A stretch of 63,632 bases of DNA, counting the filler, from Octopus bimaculoides (lineage: Eukaryota): assembly GCF_001194135.2 (NCBI RefSeq). It is 5 parts of 5 records of this genome, joined end to end, with 100 filler letters (N's around TTAATTAATTAA, not from the genome) between each part and the next. Parts side by side here need not be neighbours in the genome. Positions count along the whole stretch, not along the records: positions 1 to 18,288 come from NC_068992.1; positions 18,389 to 48,168 come from NC_068986.1; 3 more parts are not named here. One strand, 5' to 3'. Both the position numbers and the translations under genes were made by a program. How positions within the stretch are numbered: the stretch's first letter is position 1; each line of letters opens with the position of its first letter. This document shows positions 13,736 through 25,984 of the stretch, piece after piece. The notes beneath the pieces were generated by a model that had not been told where the DNA came from, made no database searches, and worked only from the letters and a program-made list of their open reading frames with translations.

Positions 13736-15946
13736 CTGAAAAAAAATTATTATTGAACCCTCCCCACGTTTTGAATAACCCGACTGTGCAGTGACTATAC
13801 ATAACAAACTTCAGTTCAAAACCTGTATCGTAGTGACGTGAGATAGGCCATATCTTGTGATGTATGAAGTAAGAAAAATATAAGTTTATTATGGATAATT
13901 ATATTATAGGCGTAGGTGCAATTGTGTAATAAGAAGCCTGTTTCCCAACCACTGCATGTCACCTTGTTGCACAAGTGTCTTCTTCTATTGCCTCGCGCCT
14001 ACGAAAGACACATTGCGGAACTGTTGTTTTAACGTGTTGTGTCTATTTATCACTCCATGAGACACATCTGGACTGCCCGATGCTCCTGAACCAGTTGTTG
14101 AGTGTCCCACCCGTGAGGGATCGATGCTAGATGTGTCGAAACATTTGTCCTGATTAATAATAAATTCTCGTATTTTCCATCTTTCATTTACTTTATACAT
14201 ACATACATACATACATACATACACATATATCTAATGATTGAAACAAGTAAAAGACGATTAATGAGTTGTACTCGCATACGTATGTAAGTCTATATCTTCG
14301 GATTAGTGTATACAAGTAAAAGCATACCGTACTATATACATATGCGTACGTCTATAGGTGTGCAGTCTTATAGCATGTGAATGTTTCATTAATGTGGATA
14401 GGAATATGTTTACTATATCTCAACTTATAATTTTGTCTCCTAACAATGGCCGACTTGGTTTGAATGGTTTAAATGTAAACATGTATGTTTTCAAACATGA
14501 TCTGATAAATTCGGATTGATCAAATATTATAATTCAGTTTGCTTTCTGTCTGCAAACACGGCTCTTTGTAGCAAACATGTTGAATTTTGCGTAAGAGCAG
14601 CTAGCGCCAATATCACACCTTGGCAAAATATTCTTTGATGTATTTCGCATATTGGATATCCATGTTATTTGATCCATTCTTAATATTAAATCGTTTATTT
14701 TTTTTTTTATTCAATAAACTTTTGTCATGAAGTTGTTCTTTAGTAGCGTGAAAAACAATATATCACTGAGGTTGTTTAGACGTAAATTACAGTTGTTCAA
14801 GCAAAGCTATAATAAACAGCATTCAAGTTTCAAGACATGAGTGTCTCCCTATTTTTGTGTTTTGTCTAGCACTATATTATCCAATGTCTCTTATTTATGT
14901 CTTTTCTTTCATTTTCTTGTCGCTTAACAAGTGTTCACGCCTCGCAAGATCAATGAGGAAATATCTTCTACTCATACCCATAGCATTTTTCTCGAATTTG
15001 TCATTCACTTATTAAGTCTTCGAGGGTGCCAAGTGCTATTTCCAGGAGAGTTATTACATGCGAGAACTGCCCCACATGGTCTTTACCTCGTTATGATTTA
15101 TAGTGATTTAAGACAAAATGTTATCAATCATTACTAGCAGACCGGTTTTGCTAACTTTCTAGGTTTTCTCCTGATTTTCTTTGTAACTAAACTGTGTTAC
15201 TATTATAGACAAGCCGGCATGTAAAGTCAATACGCAGTCTGGCATATTGGACAGTTTCTAAGACACAAAGTCTCAACATATCTAAGAACATCAAAAGAAA
15301 GGTCCACTTATATTCTTCAAGAAATTACATAATTTTCTTATCTTCTGAAGCCAGTTTGATGTGTGGTTACTTATATACCGACAAAACCATTAATATTGAT
15401 ATATTGTCGCCAATCTCGTATGTACATATGCATAAAGTCGGCTGGAGGCAGTTTTATGCATATATACAAATATAACCACACACATATATAGTTGCGTGTG
15501 TGTACGTGCATGAATATCAATATGACTGCACATAAAATTTTTACATATATGTGTGTACATTGTAATATGGATATGCGTATACACTCACCCACACACTCCT
15601 ATATATAATATAGAAATATTTAGTGAATGGTTTGTCTACTTAATAAAATGTATGCATTATGAATGTAACAACAGCTTCCTTTCGTTCCTCATTCTAACAA
15701 CTGATTTAATTGCCAAAACGCAATGTTACAAGATAAAGATTTGTGCAACCCGAAGACACAAAATACTTCGTTCTAAATACAAGTGGAACCTGATACAGCA
15801 GCAGCACAGGTTTAAAGACATATTGGTATACACACACACACACACACCCATACATACACCCCCACCCCACACACACAAACACACACACATATAACAGAAC
15901 GATATTATTTCTAAAAATAATAACATGAGTGACGCGAACGTAAATA

Positions 15947-15982
<36 letters not shown>

Positions 15983-16259
15983 TGTATGTATATATATATA
16001 TGTATATATATATATGTATATNNNNNNNNNNNNNNNNNNNNNNNNNNNNNNNNNNNNNNNNNNNNNNNNNNNNNNNNNNNNNNNNNNNNNNNNNNNNNNN
16101 NNNNNNNNNNNNNNNNNNNNNNNNNNNNNNNNNNNNNNNNNNNNNNNNNNNNNNNNNNNNNNNNNNNNNNNNNNNNNNNNNNNNNNNNNNNNNNNNNNNN
16201 NNNNNNNNNNNNNNNNNNNNNNNNNNNNNNNNNNNNNNNNNNNNNNNNNNNNNNNNNNN

Positions 16260-16291
<32 letters not shown>

Positions 16292-16397
16292 CAGGGGTCA
16301 GCTAAGTCCCTTGTCATGTACTGAATTAGAAATAGACGCTAATGTCTTTTCAACTACTATAAAATTCTCCGAGACAATAATACACTTATTTTATGTA

Positions 16398-16715
16398 GGG
16401 AAAAAGAAAAATGATGAATCCACTCGACGTCGGTTAATCCCAGACGGGTTTCAAACTTAAGTAAACTATATTTACCTATTGTTCGCCTCCGTGTAATACT
16501 CCGAATTATAAATTGCGAATTATAAATTGCGATTGTTACGATTTAAATATGTATGCAATCAAGCAATCAAGCGTACATATTTAATCCTAACACTCGCAAT
16601 TTTATAATTCGGAGTATTACACTGAGGCAAACAATTAGTAAATATAGTTTACTTGAAGTTCTAAACCCGTCTGGGATTAACCGAATCATGAGGATCTATC
16701 ATTTTTCTTTTTACC
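16398..16715. mobile_element. Foldback MITE with about 120-bp inverted arms, TA flanks
   Basis: 16431-16517 is the reverse complement of about 16594-16683 at roughly 90% identity. The arms extend to GGGAAAAAG...CTTTTTACC, with TA on both sides. Confidence 0.8.
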
Positions 16716-16851
16716 TATATAAAAAAATGGTGCTACTGTCTCGGAGATGTTTATGGTAGTTGAAAAAACATTAGCTTCTATTTCTAATTCAGAAGGTGGC
16801 GAGGCACTTAGCTGATCCCTGATTATAATTATGTATATAATTATAGACTAT

Positions 16852-16885
<34 letters not shown>

Positions 16886-17141
16886 GCATACCGAATCCAA
16901 GCTCCTATATCTTATATGTCTATCCTGAATTGGACTGGTCCCTCTTGAAGACATCAGGAATCTAAGTTTCAATCATTTGAGCCCAATAAAGTGTTTTCTA
17001 TACAGCGAATGTCTGGATGTCATCTGTTGATTATATATACACATACATGTGTGTATGTTTGTGTGCGTCTGCGTGCATGCGTATGTGTGTGTGTGTGTAT
17101 GCATGTATATATATGTATATATATATATAACTATATATATA

Positions 17142-17204
<63 letters not shown>

Positions 17205-17630
17205 NNNNNNNNNNNNNNNNNNNNNNNNNNNNNNNNNNNNNNNNNNNNNNNNNNNNNNNNNNNNNNNNNNNNNNNNNNNNNNNNNNNNNNNNNNNNNNNN
17301 NNNNNNNNNNNNNNNNNNNNNNNNNNNNNNNNNNNNNNNNNNNNNNNNNNNNNNNNNNNNNNNNNNNNNNNNNNNNNNNNNNNNNNNNNNNNNNNNNNNN
17401 NNNNNNNNNNNNNNNNNNNNNNNNNNNNNNNNNNNNNNNNNNNNNNNNNNNNNNNNNNNNNNNNNNNNNNNNNNNNNNNNNNNNNNNNNNNNNNNNNNNN
17501 NNNNNNNNNNNNNNNNNNNNNNNNNNNNNNNNNNNNNNNNNNNNNNNNNNNNNNNNNNNNNNNNNNNNNNNNNNNNNNNNNNNNNNNNNNNNNNNNNNNN
17601 NNNNNNNNNNNNNNNNNNNNNNNNNNNNNN

Positions 17631-17669
<39 letters not shown>

Positions 17670-18388
17670 CGTGTGTAATTTAATTATAATTTTATAATAG
17701 AAATTTTTCAGATTGAAACAACTATATTGATATGGGAAATATTTCACTGGCGTTAGCAAAGGAAATTAATTGAAATCTGTACAAAAATTTGTTTGTTTGA
17801 GAGTAAAACAAATCCAGATGCTATTGTAATACCGTAATGTCATGAAATGCATGCAATATATGGAATTGGAAATTCAATATTCTTGGAACTATATTCAATA
17901 ATGCTTCGATATATTTTCAATGCAATAAATGACATAGACTTTTTCTGAATGATTTCATTGACTTGAAAAAATATTGTTCGATCATCATTTAAAACAAAGG
18001 AGATCCAATGAAACGTTTTGTGCAAAAATATACGCCTACAAACACACTTATACACACAAATATATGTATCATATTGTGTTATACTACATAGAATATGATA
18101 TATTCACACACATTTATACATACATGCACAAATGAAGTGCATCTATACACGCAAAAACAGCCAACCGCATACAAACAGACACACGCATGTGTATGTGTGT
18201 ATGTGTATATATTTGTTTGCGCGCGCATGATTGTATACCTGTATGTGTGTGTGTATATATATCTATATATATATATATATATATATATNNNNNNNNNNNN
18301 NNNNNNNNNNNNNNNNNNNNNNNNNNNNNNNNTTAATTAATTAANNNNNNNNNNNNNNNNNNNNNNNNNNNNNNNNNNNNNNNNNNNN

Positions 18389-18428
<40 letters not shown>

Positions 18429-18441
18429 GTCATCATCATTT

Positions 18442-18483
<42 letters not shown>

Positions 18484-18484
18484 G

Positions 18485-18519
<35 letters not shown>

Positions 18520-18520
18520 G

Positions 18521-18558
<38 letters not shown>

Positions 18559-18815
18559 GTCATCGTCATCGTCATCATTAAGTTGTGGTCGAGGATGAAA
18601 GAGATGATAATGATTTCGGTATTGGTGTTGGTGGTGATAATGATTGATAATGATGATGATGGTTATGATGATGATGACGACAACAACGACGAATACGATG
18701 ACGTCAGCGGTGATAACCACAACGATGGTGAGGAAGATGACGATGATGATGATGATGATGATGCTGCTGCTGAGTATGTTGATGACGACGACGACGACGA
18801 CGACGATGATGATGA
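18389..18815. repeat. (CAT)n followed by inverted (GAT)n trinucleotide arrays
   Basis: Direct read; source of the poly-D, poly-M and poly-H ORFs. Confidence 0.95.
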
Positions 18816-19043
18816 TAATAAAGAAAGAGGAGGAGAATTAGGAGACTACATTAAATGATGTCTCATATGTCCAGTGAAATTCCAGTCCAATTTTTACTTG
18901 GAATCGCTGCCAAAAAATGTGGGTGTCAATAAAAGTTGGCGAAAGTCCATCGTCGTCTTTTGGAAATGAAGTATTCTCCAAATAGTAGCAGTAGTAGTGA
19001 CTTCAAATCATAGTCGTCGTCGTAGTAGTAGTAGTAGTAGAAG

Positions 19044-19076
<33 letters not shown>

Positions 19077-19084
19077 CGATGATG

Positions 19085-19320
19085 GCAACGGTATCAGAAG
19101 GCATCAAGAAGAATATCAAGGAAATTGGAATAAAGTGCCCAGTAGAACTGTTACAAAGGTTTTGCTTCCTTGACATGGCCAGGATAGTCAGCGAAGTATT
19201 AGATAGCTGAAAAGAAAGGATAACATGGTACCGTAGGCTGCAGGTAGCAAACCCGCTACGCATGCAAGACTCCAGGTGCCCCAACAAAACCTGTGATAAA
19301 AAGAGAGTAATAATGGGAAA
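19085..19320 (+). mobile_element. R4/Dong-like LINE 3' end (RLE C-terminus + 3' UTR)
   Basis: Reads ATVSEGIKKNIKEIGIKCPVELLQKV..., homologous to the C-terminus at 30080-30209. Ends in taataat. Confidence 0.7.
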
Positions 19321-19384
19321 TAATGGCAAAGTGCAAGGCTTTGTATAAAAGGGCAGATGCGGCCGGGCTGCACATGGCACATAG

Positions 19385-19660
19385 AAATGGAGGAAGGGTG
19401 ACCGATCAGTGTGGAGGATTGTGTGAACTGGGAAATGAAAAGTCTCAATCAGTATGTTAACAAAAGAACTGAAGAATTTCTAGTATCAATAAGCTATGCA
19501 AACATACAAAGGGAATGGCGAACAAAAGAGGAAGTAATTGCAAAGAGAAAGCAAAGTTATATGGAAAAGTATTTACACCCTCGGTTTATGAAGAATACTG
19601 AGGTGGAAAGAGGCGAAGCTACTTAGAATCGGTTGAAAAAGGGAATTCTGAAACTAATAT
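19385..19660 (+). mobile_element. R4/Dong-like LINE fragment (region after RT)
   Basis: ISVEDCVNWEMKSLNQYV...KYLHPRFMKNTE...LKKGILK matches the recalled GRGL.SVEDC...LHGQF...WLK.G.LK pattern and the copy at 29232. Confidence 0.7.
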
Positions 19661-20091
19661 TAAGAACATATATTTATATACTACACACACACACACGCAC
19701 ACACAGACACAAACAGACACACGCACAGGCACACACAACAGAGGTTCAGCCTTTCAAATTCACTCATAGGGTCATCCTGGTGTTATAGTAAGAGTTGCAC
19801 CGTAGTAGAACCGAAACCGAAACCACGAAGTTGCAAACGTATTTCTTAACTATACCGATTCTAAATTATTTCATTTTAAAAAGATCTTAAATATTTTTTG
19901 CATGTTGTTTTTACCTCATACCTTTCTTCCAAGTAACATTCCCACAATCTTTTTTACCCCGCACCCCACAGTATGTTTAAGTGTGTCTTGAAAAGTTTAT
20001 CCAGTCATCTGTTAACAAGTTATCAGCAGACGATCGATATTGAAGTAGACTAGAAATTTTTTTTCCACTTATTTTCTACAACGCTGCTTAC

Positions 20092-20141
20092 ATTACAAAT
20101 ACCGAACACAAAGCAATTATGATCGCCATTTTAATCACCAT
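20092..20141 (-). CDS. First coding exon of an unknown secreted or membrane protein (signal peptide MVIKMAIIIALCSVFV)
   Basis: aaaaATGG context about 50 nt downstream of the promoter, a basic residue followed by a hydrophobic core, and a GTAAT|gtaagc donor (the unspliced frame stops immediately). Confidence 0.6.
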
Positions 20142-20184
20142 TTTTCTTTTCTGTATTGGTATGTGTATTTTGTTAGTTGTTTAT

Positions 20185-20253
20185 TTAGAAACTGACTTAA
20201 TTAGCCTTTTAAATATGCTGACTGCCGAGTGGGGTCTGATTGGGCGGGATTGG
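20185..20253 (-). promoter_or_regulatory. Pol II core promoter: CCAAT x2, GC box, TATA-like box, Inr
   Basis: Minus strand reads CCAATCCCGCCCAATCAG...TATTTAAAAGG...TCAGTT. CCAAT 20249-20253 and 20239-20243, GGGCGG 20242-20247, TATTTAAAA 20207-20215, TCAGTT 20190-20195. TATA-Inr spacing (22 nt) is shorter than canonical. Confidence 0.6.
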
Positions 20254-21244
20254 ACGGAGAGTAGATCAGAGGTAAAGTTAAATGAATAAGAAACAGAAGA
20301 CAATCATAATATGAACAAGAACAACACCAACAACAACGGAAATAAAAATCAAATATAGGGAAATAAAAAAAAACATCAACAACTAAAAATCATTCAGATG
20401 CAAAAGACAAACAGACAGAAACAAAGACAGACTTACAATGATAGTAAAAAAACAAACAAAATATCTTCCTGACCTAAGGACTGACTTTTGAATATCACAA
20501 TTTGATATTTGTTTTGTAAACATGTCATTTAGAAAGATGAATTAAAACAAAACATAAAAAGTAATGCAGAAAATAATTAATAAATTAACTATGAAAAACA
20601 TATGAAAAGCCAAAACACCCATCCACTAACGTATAAAAACAAAGCGAAACGAGACGAAAGAAAGGAATGAAACTAAGGATAATTATACGAAAACAATGGA
20701 CGGAGAATATTTATTTTTGCAAAATAATGTAGTCAACAATGGGAAATAAGTAGCAAACAATATTATCTAACACAAACACACACGTATACTCGCACACATA
20801 CACTAATACATGTACACAGAAGACAGACATATATATATATATCTACACACAGATTACACACACACAGACATACACATGCACGCACACACAGGTGCGAATA
20901 TATTGGCATACAGGCTTACGAAAACACGTGCGTACACAGATACACACATGCATACGCACACACACACACACACACACATTCATACACGCTCACACACGTA
21001 TATAAATGCAAACACATTGGCACACGCGCATATGAACACACACACGTGCGCCCACACACACACAGCAAATACAAAAACATACTCAGTATTATTTCAGTTG
21101 ACAGTTCCTGTGATTTTGTTATAGTTTATCCTCGTGTGGATTCTAATCAAGCAGATCAATGATCGAAAGAGCTCTGACCGAGGCCATTTCATCATTTATT
21201 TACGGATTCTCTAACAAGAATTGGATTGCCAAATATATTCATTC

Positions 21245-21849
21245 GGATCTTTTTTAAAACGGGGGCCACATTTTTCATTAATGTTTTACGTAGTGTTTTT
21301 GGTACCGAAAAACTTTCAAACTTCGTATACTTATCTATTTTGTGTTATAGAACAGAAAAATATTTTTGTATTCGAATTTATTTCATGTAAAAAATTGTCT
21401 TATTTCGATAATTTCAACCAATCACTGACAAGTATTCAGTTGTTTACATTTACTCCTTTGGCTGATTAAGCCATAGCTTCGTTTTATTTGCTTTCTTCAT
21501 TTTAAATTTGCTTTTTTCATTTTCTTTTTTTTTTCTTCGTTTTATTTGCTTTTTTCTTTTTAAATTTGCTGTTTTACCCTAACCCTAACCCTAACCCTAT
21601 CACCGATAGAATTGTTTCAGAATCGTTTGTTTATGTAGTCGGCACTTAATGTATATCGGCTGAATGGACGTCAGTGATTGGTTGAAATTACAGAAATACG
21701 ACAACTTTAACATGGAATAACTTAGGGATTTCTTTTTTTTTAAAGAAGACTAAGAGAAAAAGATGTTTTATATGACACATTCTACCAGTGTTCCAAGTTT
21801 CAAAGTGTTTCGTTAATGAAAAATGTGGCCCCCGTTTTAAAAAAGATCC
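21245..21849. mobile_element. MITE with perfect 37-bp TIRs, 8-bp TSD and internal telomeric repeats (Merlin-like termini)
   Basis: TIR GGATCTTTTTTAAAACGGGGGCCACATTTTTCATTAA at both ends. TSD ATTCATTC at 21237-21244 and 21850-21857. Internal IR aatttcaaccaatcactgac. (ACCCTA)4 at 21576-21599. Confidence 0.9.
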
Positions 21850-22185
21850 ATTCATTCCTTACTAAAGGTAGGATGTGATATGAGGAGTAACTGACTGCCA
21901 TTTCTATCTAGAGGATCCCTGGCTGTGGTTATTAAAAACGGCTACAACAGCATCACGATCATTATCAGAATACTAATGATGATGAGCAGCGGTAACAGTA
22001 ACAACAATAACAACAACATCAGCCACAATAACAGTAATTAAAACGTTAGACAATAATAACAGCAACCGAAAATGTGGGAGGGTACGTCTATCTAGTCGCT
22101 CGACATGTTAGAAATAGCAGTCAAATCTCTCTCAAATCCCATTGTGCCATTTTCTAAAAAAAAGAAGCAGTGTAGTCCTAGATAT

Positions 22186-22547
22186 GTTGTTGGCACTCCG
22201 TCGCTTACGACGTCGAGGGTTCCAGTTAATCCGATCAACGGAACAGCCTGTTCTTGAAATTAACGTGCAAGTGGCTGAGCACTCCACAGACACGTGTACC
22301 CTTAACGTAGTTCTCGGGGTTATTCAGCGTGACAAGGCTGATCCCCATTGAATTACAACAGAAACAGGAAGTAAGAATGAGAGAAAGTTGTGGTGGAAGA
22401 GTACAGCAGGGTTCACCACCATCCCCTGTCGGGGAGCTTTAGGTGTTTTCGCTCAATAAACACTCACAACGCCCGGTCTGGGAATCGAAACCGCGATCCT
22501 ATGACCGCGAGTCCGCTGCCCTAACCACTGGGCCATTGCGCCTCCAC
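22186..22547 (-). mobile_element. Full-length tRNA-derived SINE family A with (CAA)n tail
   Basis: Head GTGGAGGCGCAATGGCCCAGTGGTTAGGGCAGCGG...TTTCGATTCCC with A and B boxes; nearly identical to the copies at 37768 and 57529. Confidence 0.9.
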
Positions 22548-22589
22548 AGTAACAGTAATTAAAACGTTCAACAATAATAACAGCAACCG

Positions 22590-22800
22590 AAAATCTGGGA
22601 GGGTACGTCTATCTAGTCGCTCGACATGTTAGAAATAGCAGCTAAATCTCTCTCAAATCCCATTGTGCTATTTTCTAAAAAAAGAAGCAGTGTAGACCTA
22701 GATATACTGTATCAGAAAACAAGTCAGTGCTATCAGGTGGAATGCTTCTTCGTAGAGTTACTTAGACAGGGCTGACTTAGGGCTAAACAGTGATAGCAGC
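22590..22800 (+). mobile_element. Dispersed repeat family D (probable LINE/SINE 3' end)
   Basis: The cgacatg(t/c)tagaaatagcag..aaatct motif and the gggctgac.t.gggctaaac tail recur at about 26570-26730, 30610-30745 (minus), 47865-48040 and, more degenerate, 25285-25400. Confidence 0.55.
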
Positions 22801-23668
22801 AGTAGCAGTAGCAACAACAACACGACTGCGGTGCTATTAATATTACATTTGCAAGGATTCACACTAATCATATGAACAAACATGCATGCTGAGTGTTAGA
22901 GTCTATTCTGCTCTCAAGAGCTTTACAACAGATTCTCGTACGATCGAGGAAAGGATATTTTCAGTAACTCCGCTTATCTGCCTCTCAATTCCAATGCCTC
23001 TCATTGTCTTGAACAGCTGTAACAGTGTTGTACTCAATGCTTCTATGACAACAAGGATGTCTTTCATTAACTTGTAGAGTTTTCTCAACTCACCAGCAAA
23101 GTTTAGATACTACTCAACCTTTTCCTCTAATTTGCTTTTTACAAACATTGGTTTTTTCCCCCTCTCTTATCATATTTAGTCGTTTCTTTCTTTCTTATGG
23201 TTTTCGCATTTGTGCAGATAAATTCCAAAAGCTTTTATAATAGAACTTTCAGTAAAAACTTCTGGCAGCTCGTGGCACTATATTTTTTGTTTATTTCACA
23301 TCAAAGCTTCCGCTTATCTTCTTAGTGTGTCATTGTTTCTCTACAGTGTCAATTTTTCATCATATTCTCGTACCATCTCGTTATATGGTTGGCGATTTCA
23401 TACACAAACTAAATATTTTTACTTTTGTACACATTGTTTACTGCTGACTCCTATCGATTTTTTGCTTCTTTAAAACAAAGTTTGTTATAATCACTTCTTG
23501 CAATAGTATGATCAGGTATTTCGATTCTCTCGTTGGCCCTCCACTTTTCAACGAAGTATAATTTGCTTCTAATGCAATGTCTTTTCCTTGCCTGATCAAT
23601 CGACCGTATAATGATTTTCCCTCTCTCAAAGTTATGAGCCTCTAAATTTGCAGAAAAATGTGTCGTGT

Positions 23669-23747
23669 GGGCAGTTTAGCTTAATCAGTCTAAGAGCACC
23701 GCGACGCGTAATCACGGAGGTGTGAGTTCGAGTCTCATAGCTGGCCG
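23669..23747 (+). tRNA. tRNA-Thr(CGT)-like pseudogene inside an 18-bp inverted repeat
   Basis: A-box-like TAGCTTAATCAG, B box AGTTCGAGTC, T stem GTGAG/CTCAT, anticodon loop CGCGTAA, downstream T6. Stems contain mismatches and position 33 is not U. Confidence 0.6.
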
Positions 23748-25022
23748 CGGACACTTTTTTCTGCAAAATAGGGGTAGCTTTTCCTGCTCATGCTCTATTA
23801 TTAGCATTATCCTGTGTTTGAGAATTTAAAAAATCACTTCTTTAACTTTCTAAGACATCTCAACGGTTCTAAATGCAAACTTCGTTTGTTTGTTTACGTT
23901 TATCGTAATTTGAATATAAATAATAATGTTTATGTTATTGAAACACCTGTTCAACATTATGAAATTATCAACTATATCTAAAATCTATGCTTTTCTTGTT
24001 TATATTCTAAATATTTCGTTGATAATGATCAACTTAGCTGATTCTGTATATGTATGTAAGTTTGTTCAACCATGATTTACTTCGTTGTAATAACGTACTG
24101 TGTTATAATGATGTGTTATTAATTGAATTCCTAATTACAATGGATATATATTTTTAATATTCATACTTCCATTTTGCTTATAGCTATAGCTTTTCCATCT
24201 TATTCTTTCTTCCCTAATTTTTTTCTCCCTCTATGTGATCCCCATTGATTCTCCTTGTGATTTTTTTTACATTTTTCTAATAAATTTCCCAATTTTAGAT
24301 CCCCGTTTTCCATCTTTCTTGGTAAACAATGTGTCAACACCGTTAACAGTTCCCTTTCAATTCAGTGAAGAAAATTAGAGAATAACTCAAGAATGGAATT
24401 GAGTAAGTTTTAATGCTAATTATGAGTTCCATTTTGTAGTTTCGTTTCTAAAACTTCATAGTCCTATTTTTAAAACTTTTTCCCACCTTTAGCAGTCATT
24501 CAATTCTGTTGCATTCCATCATCCGGAAACACACTCTTATATTTATATTCCCTAATCCACTTCATTAGTATTATTGATTACCCGGACAGTAACTATTTTC
24601 TCTCTCACTTTATTTTCTTTTTATATGATAACTGCAATTAAATTATCTGTACTCAAAATTCTCATGGTCTATATTTTATTATAGATCAAGAGAAGAGTCC
24701 AGTATCTTCTCCATTTGGAAATAACATCGTTTTCTTTGCTAGCGACTTCAGTGTCACAATAAAAGAGAAATTTCTCACACCTTTGGGGACGTATTTTTCA
24801 CCTTCATAGAATCGGAAAAAATATATTTTGGGAAAAAAAAAATGTTTTTGAAAATGTTCTTATTTTTGTATAACAACTGGAGATAGAAAACACCTGAAGA
24901 CCAAAGCCATGAAAACAAACGTAACCTGTATATTAAGTAACTTGTATTGTTTTCTAAATGCACACACACCACACACGCGTACATAATCTCTCTCTTTCTA
25001 TCTATCTAGCTCTCTCTATCTG

Positions 25023-25055
<33 letters not shown>

Positions 25056-25984
25056 GCATATAGCGAGTTGAATCATAGTTTCTAATAATCAAATTCCCAA
25101 TAATAGAATTAAAGGTAGAGCTACGTGGCTGGTTAGCGAACTCCTTAATTACACAACAGCACATACCTGTATGTCTACGTAACATTCGGAATGGTGACCA
25201 TACCTTTTATAGTCTTTTAAGTCTTTTATACTTGTCTTTCCAGTTTTCCCTTCGACTAATATCCTTCTTTTTGGCCAATACTTAAATTTTCAATTTATCC
25301 ACGATCGGTCGACCTATTAGAAATATTAAGATGGGAAGGTCATGAATAGAATTCTTTTGATCAATGTGTGTTCAGTCATAGTTGGCTTAGGGTTAAATAA
25401 TATCACAACCAAACGAGTGAGGCGCTACAGTGTGTCAAGACATTGGCGTTCGTGTTACTATCATTCTCGCGGTTTTTCTAGGACATCATTAATAAAAATA
25501 AATTAACGCAGTTTATTCTCGAATAGTAATCTTAGTTAATTTATTTCTCTTAATGATGCTAATTTTCCCTCCGTAATTCTTCCTTATTCTTTGGAATCTT
25601 TTAATCTATTTATATTGTTCCCCCGATATCTCTAAGCGTTCTAAAAATTGCAATTAATATTCATTAACAATGGTATCATTTATATTTTTCTCCTTTGTCA
25701 GTTTGTAATGGTGTTATCGGTTTTGATATTTTAATTATTATCATTTCAATAGTCTTATTTCTATAGCTGTTTTCGAACTTAAGATTGAACTTAAATCTGT
25801 GTTGTTTTTGGTGCATGATGTGTTTGTTTTCTATTATATTAAAACTGCTGTACGTTGTAAGTGTATAGCGGCAAGCGGTACTATTTTCTAGATGAGGTAT
25901 TTAATTAAGTACAGCAGTTTGGTTATGCATTTATGTACATTTTCTTTTCATTCATTCTCAAGGTACTTATTAGGATAGCCTGAT

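Noticed and set aside
15700-15830. KWNLIQQQ, resembling an intermediate-filament coil motif
   Set aside because: Too short, and without flanking homology or convincing splice sites.
18289-18388. TTAATTAATTAA embedded in N runs (also at about 48213, 53513 and 59085), looking like a conserved motif or PacI sites
   Set aside because: Each sits in the centre of an approximately 100-bp N block and places stops in all six frames. It is an assembly gap placeholder, not biology.
18333-18858. Poly-Asp, poly-Met and poly-His ORFs resembling acidic biomineral or His-rich cephalopod proteins (also 53.7-54.2 kb and 48-49.5 kb)
   Set aside because: Pure trinucleotide microsatellites without splice signals or unique coding context.
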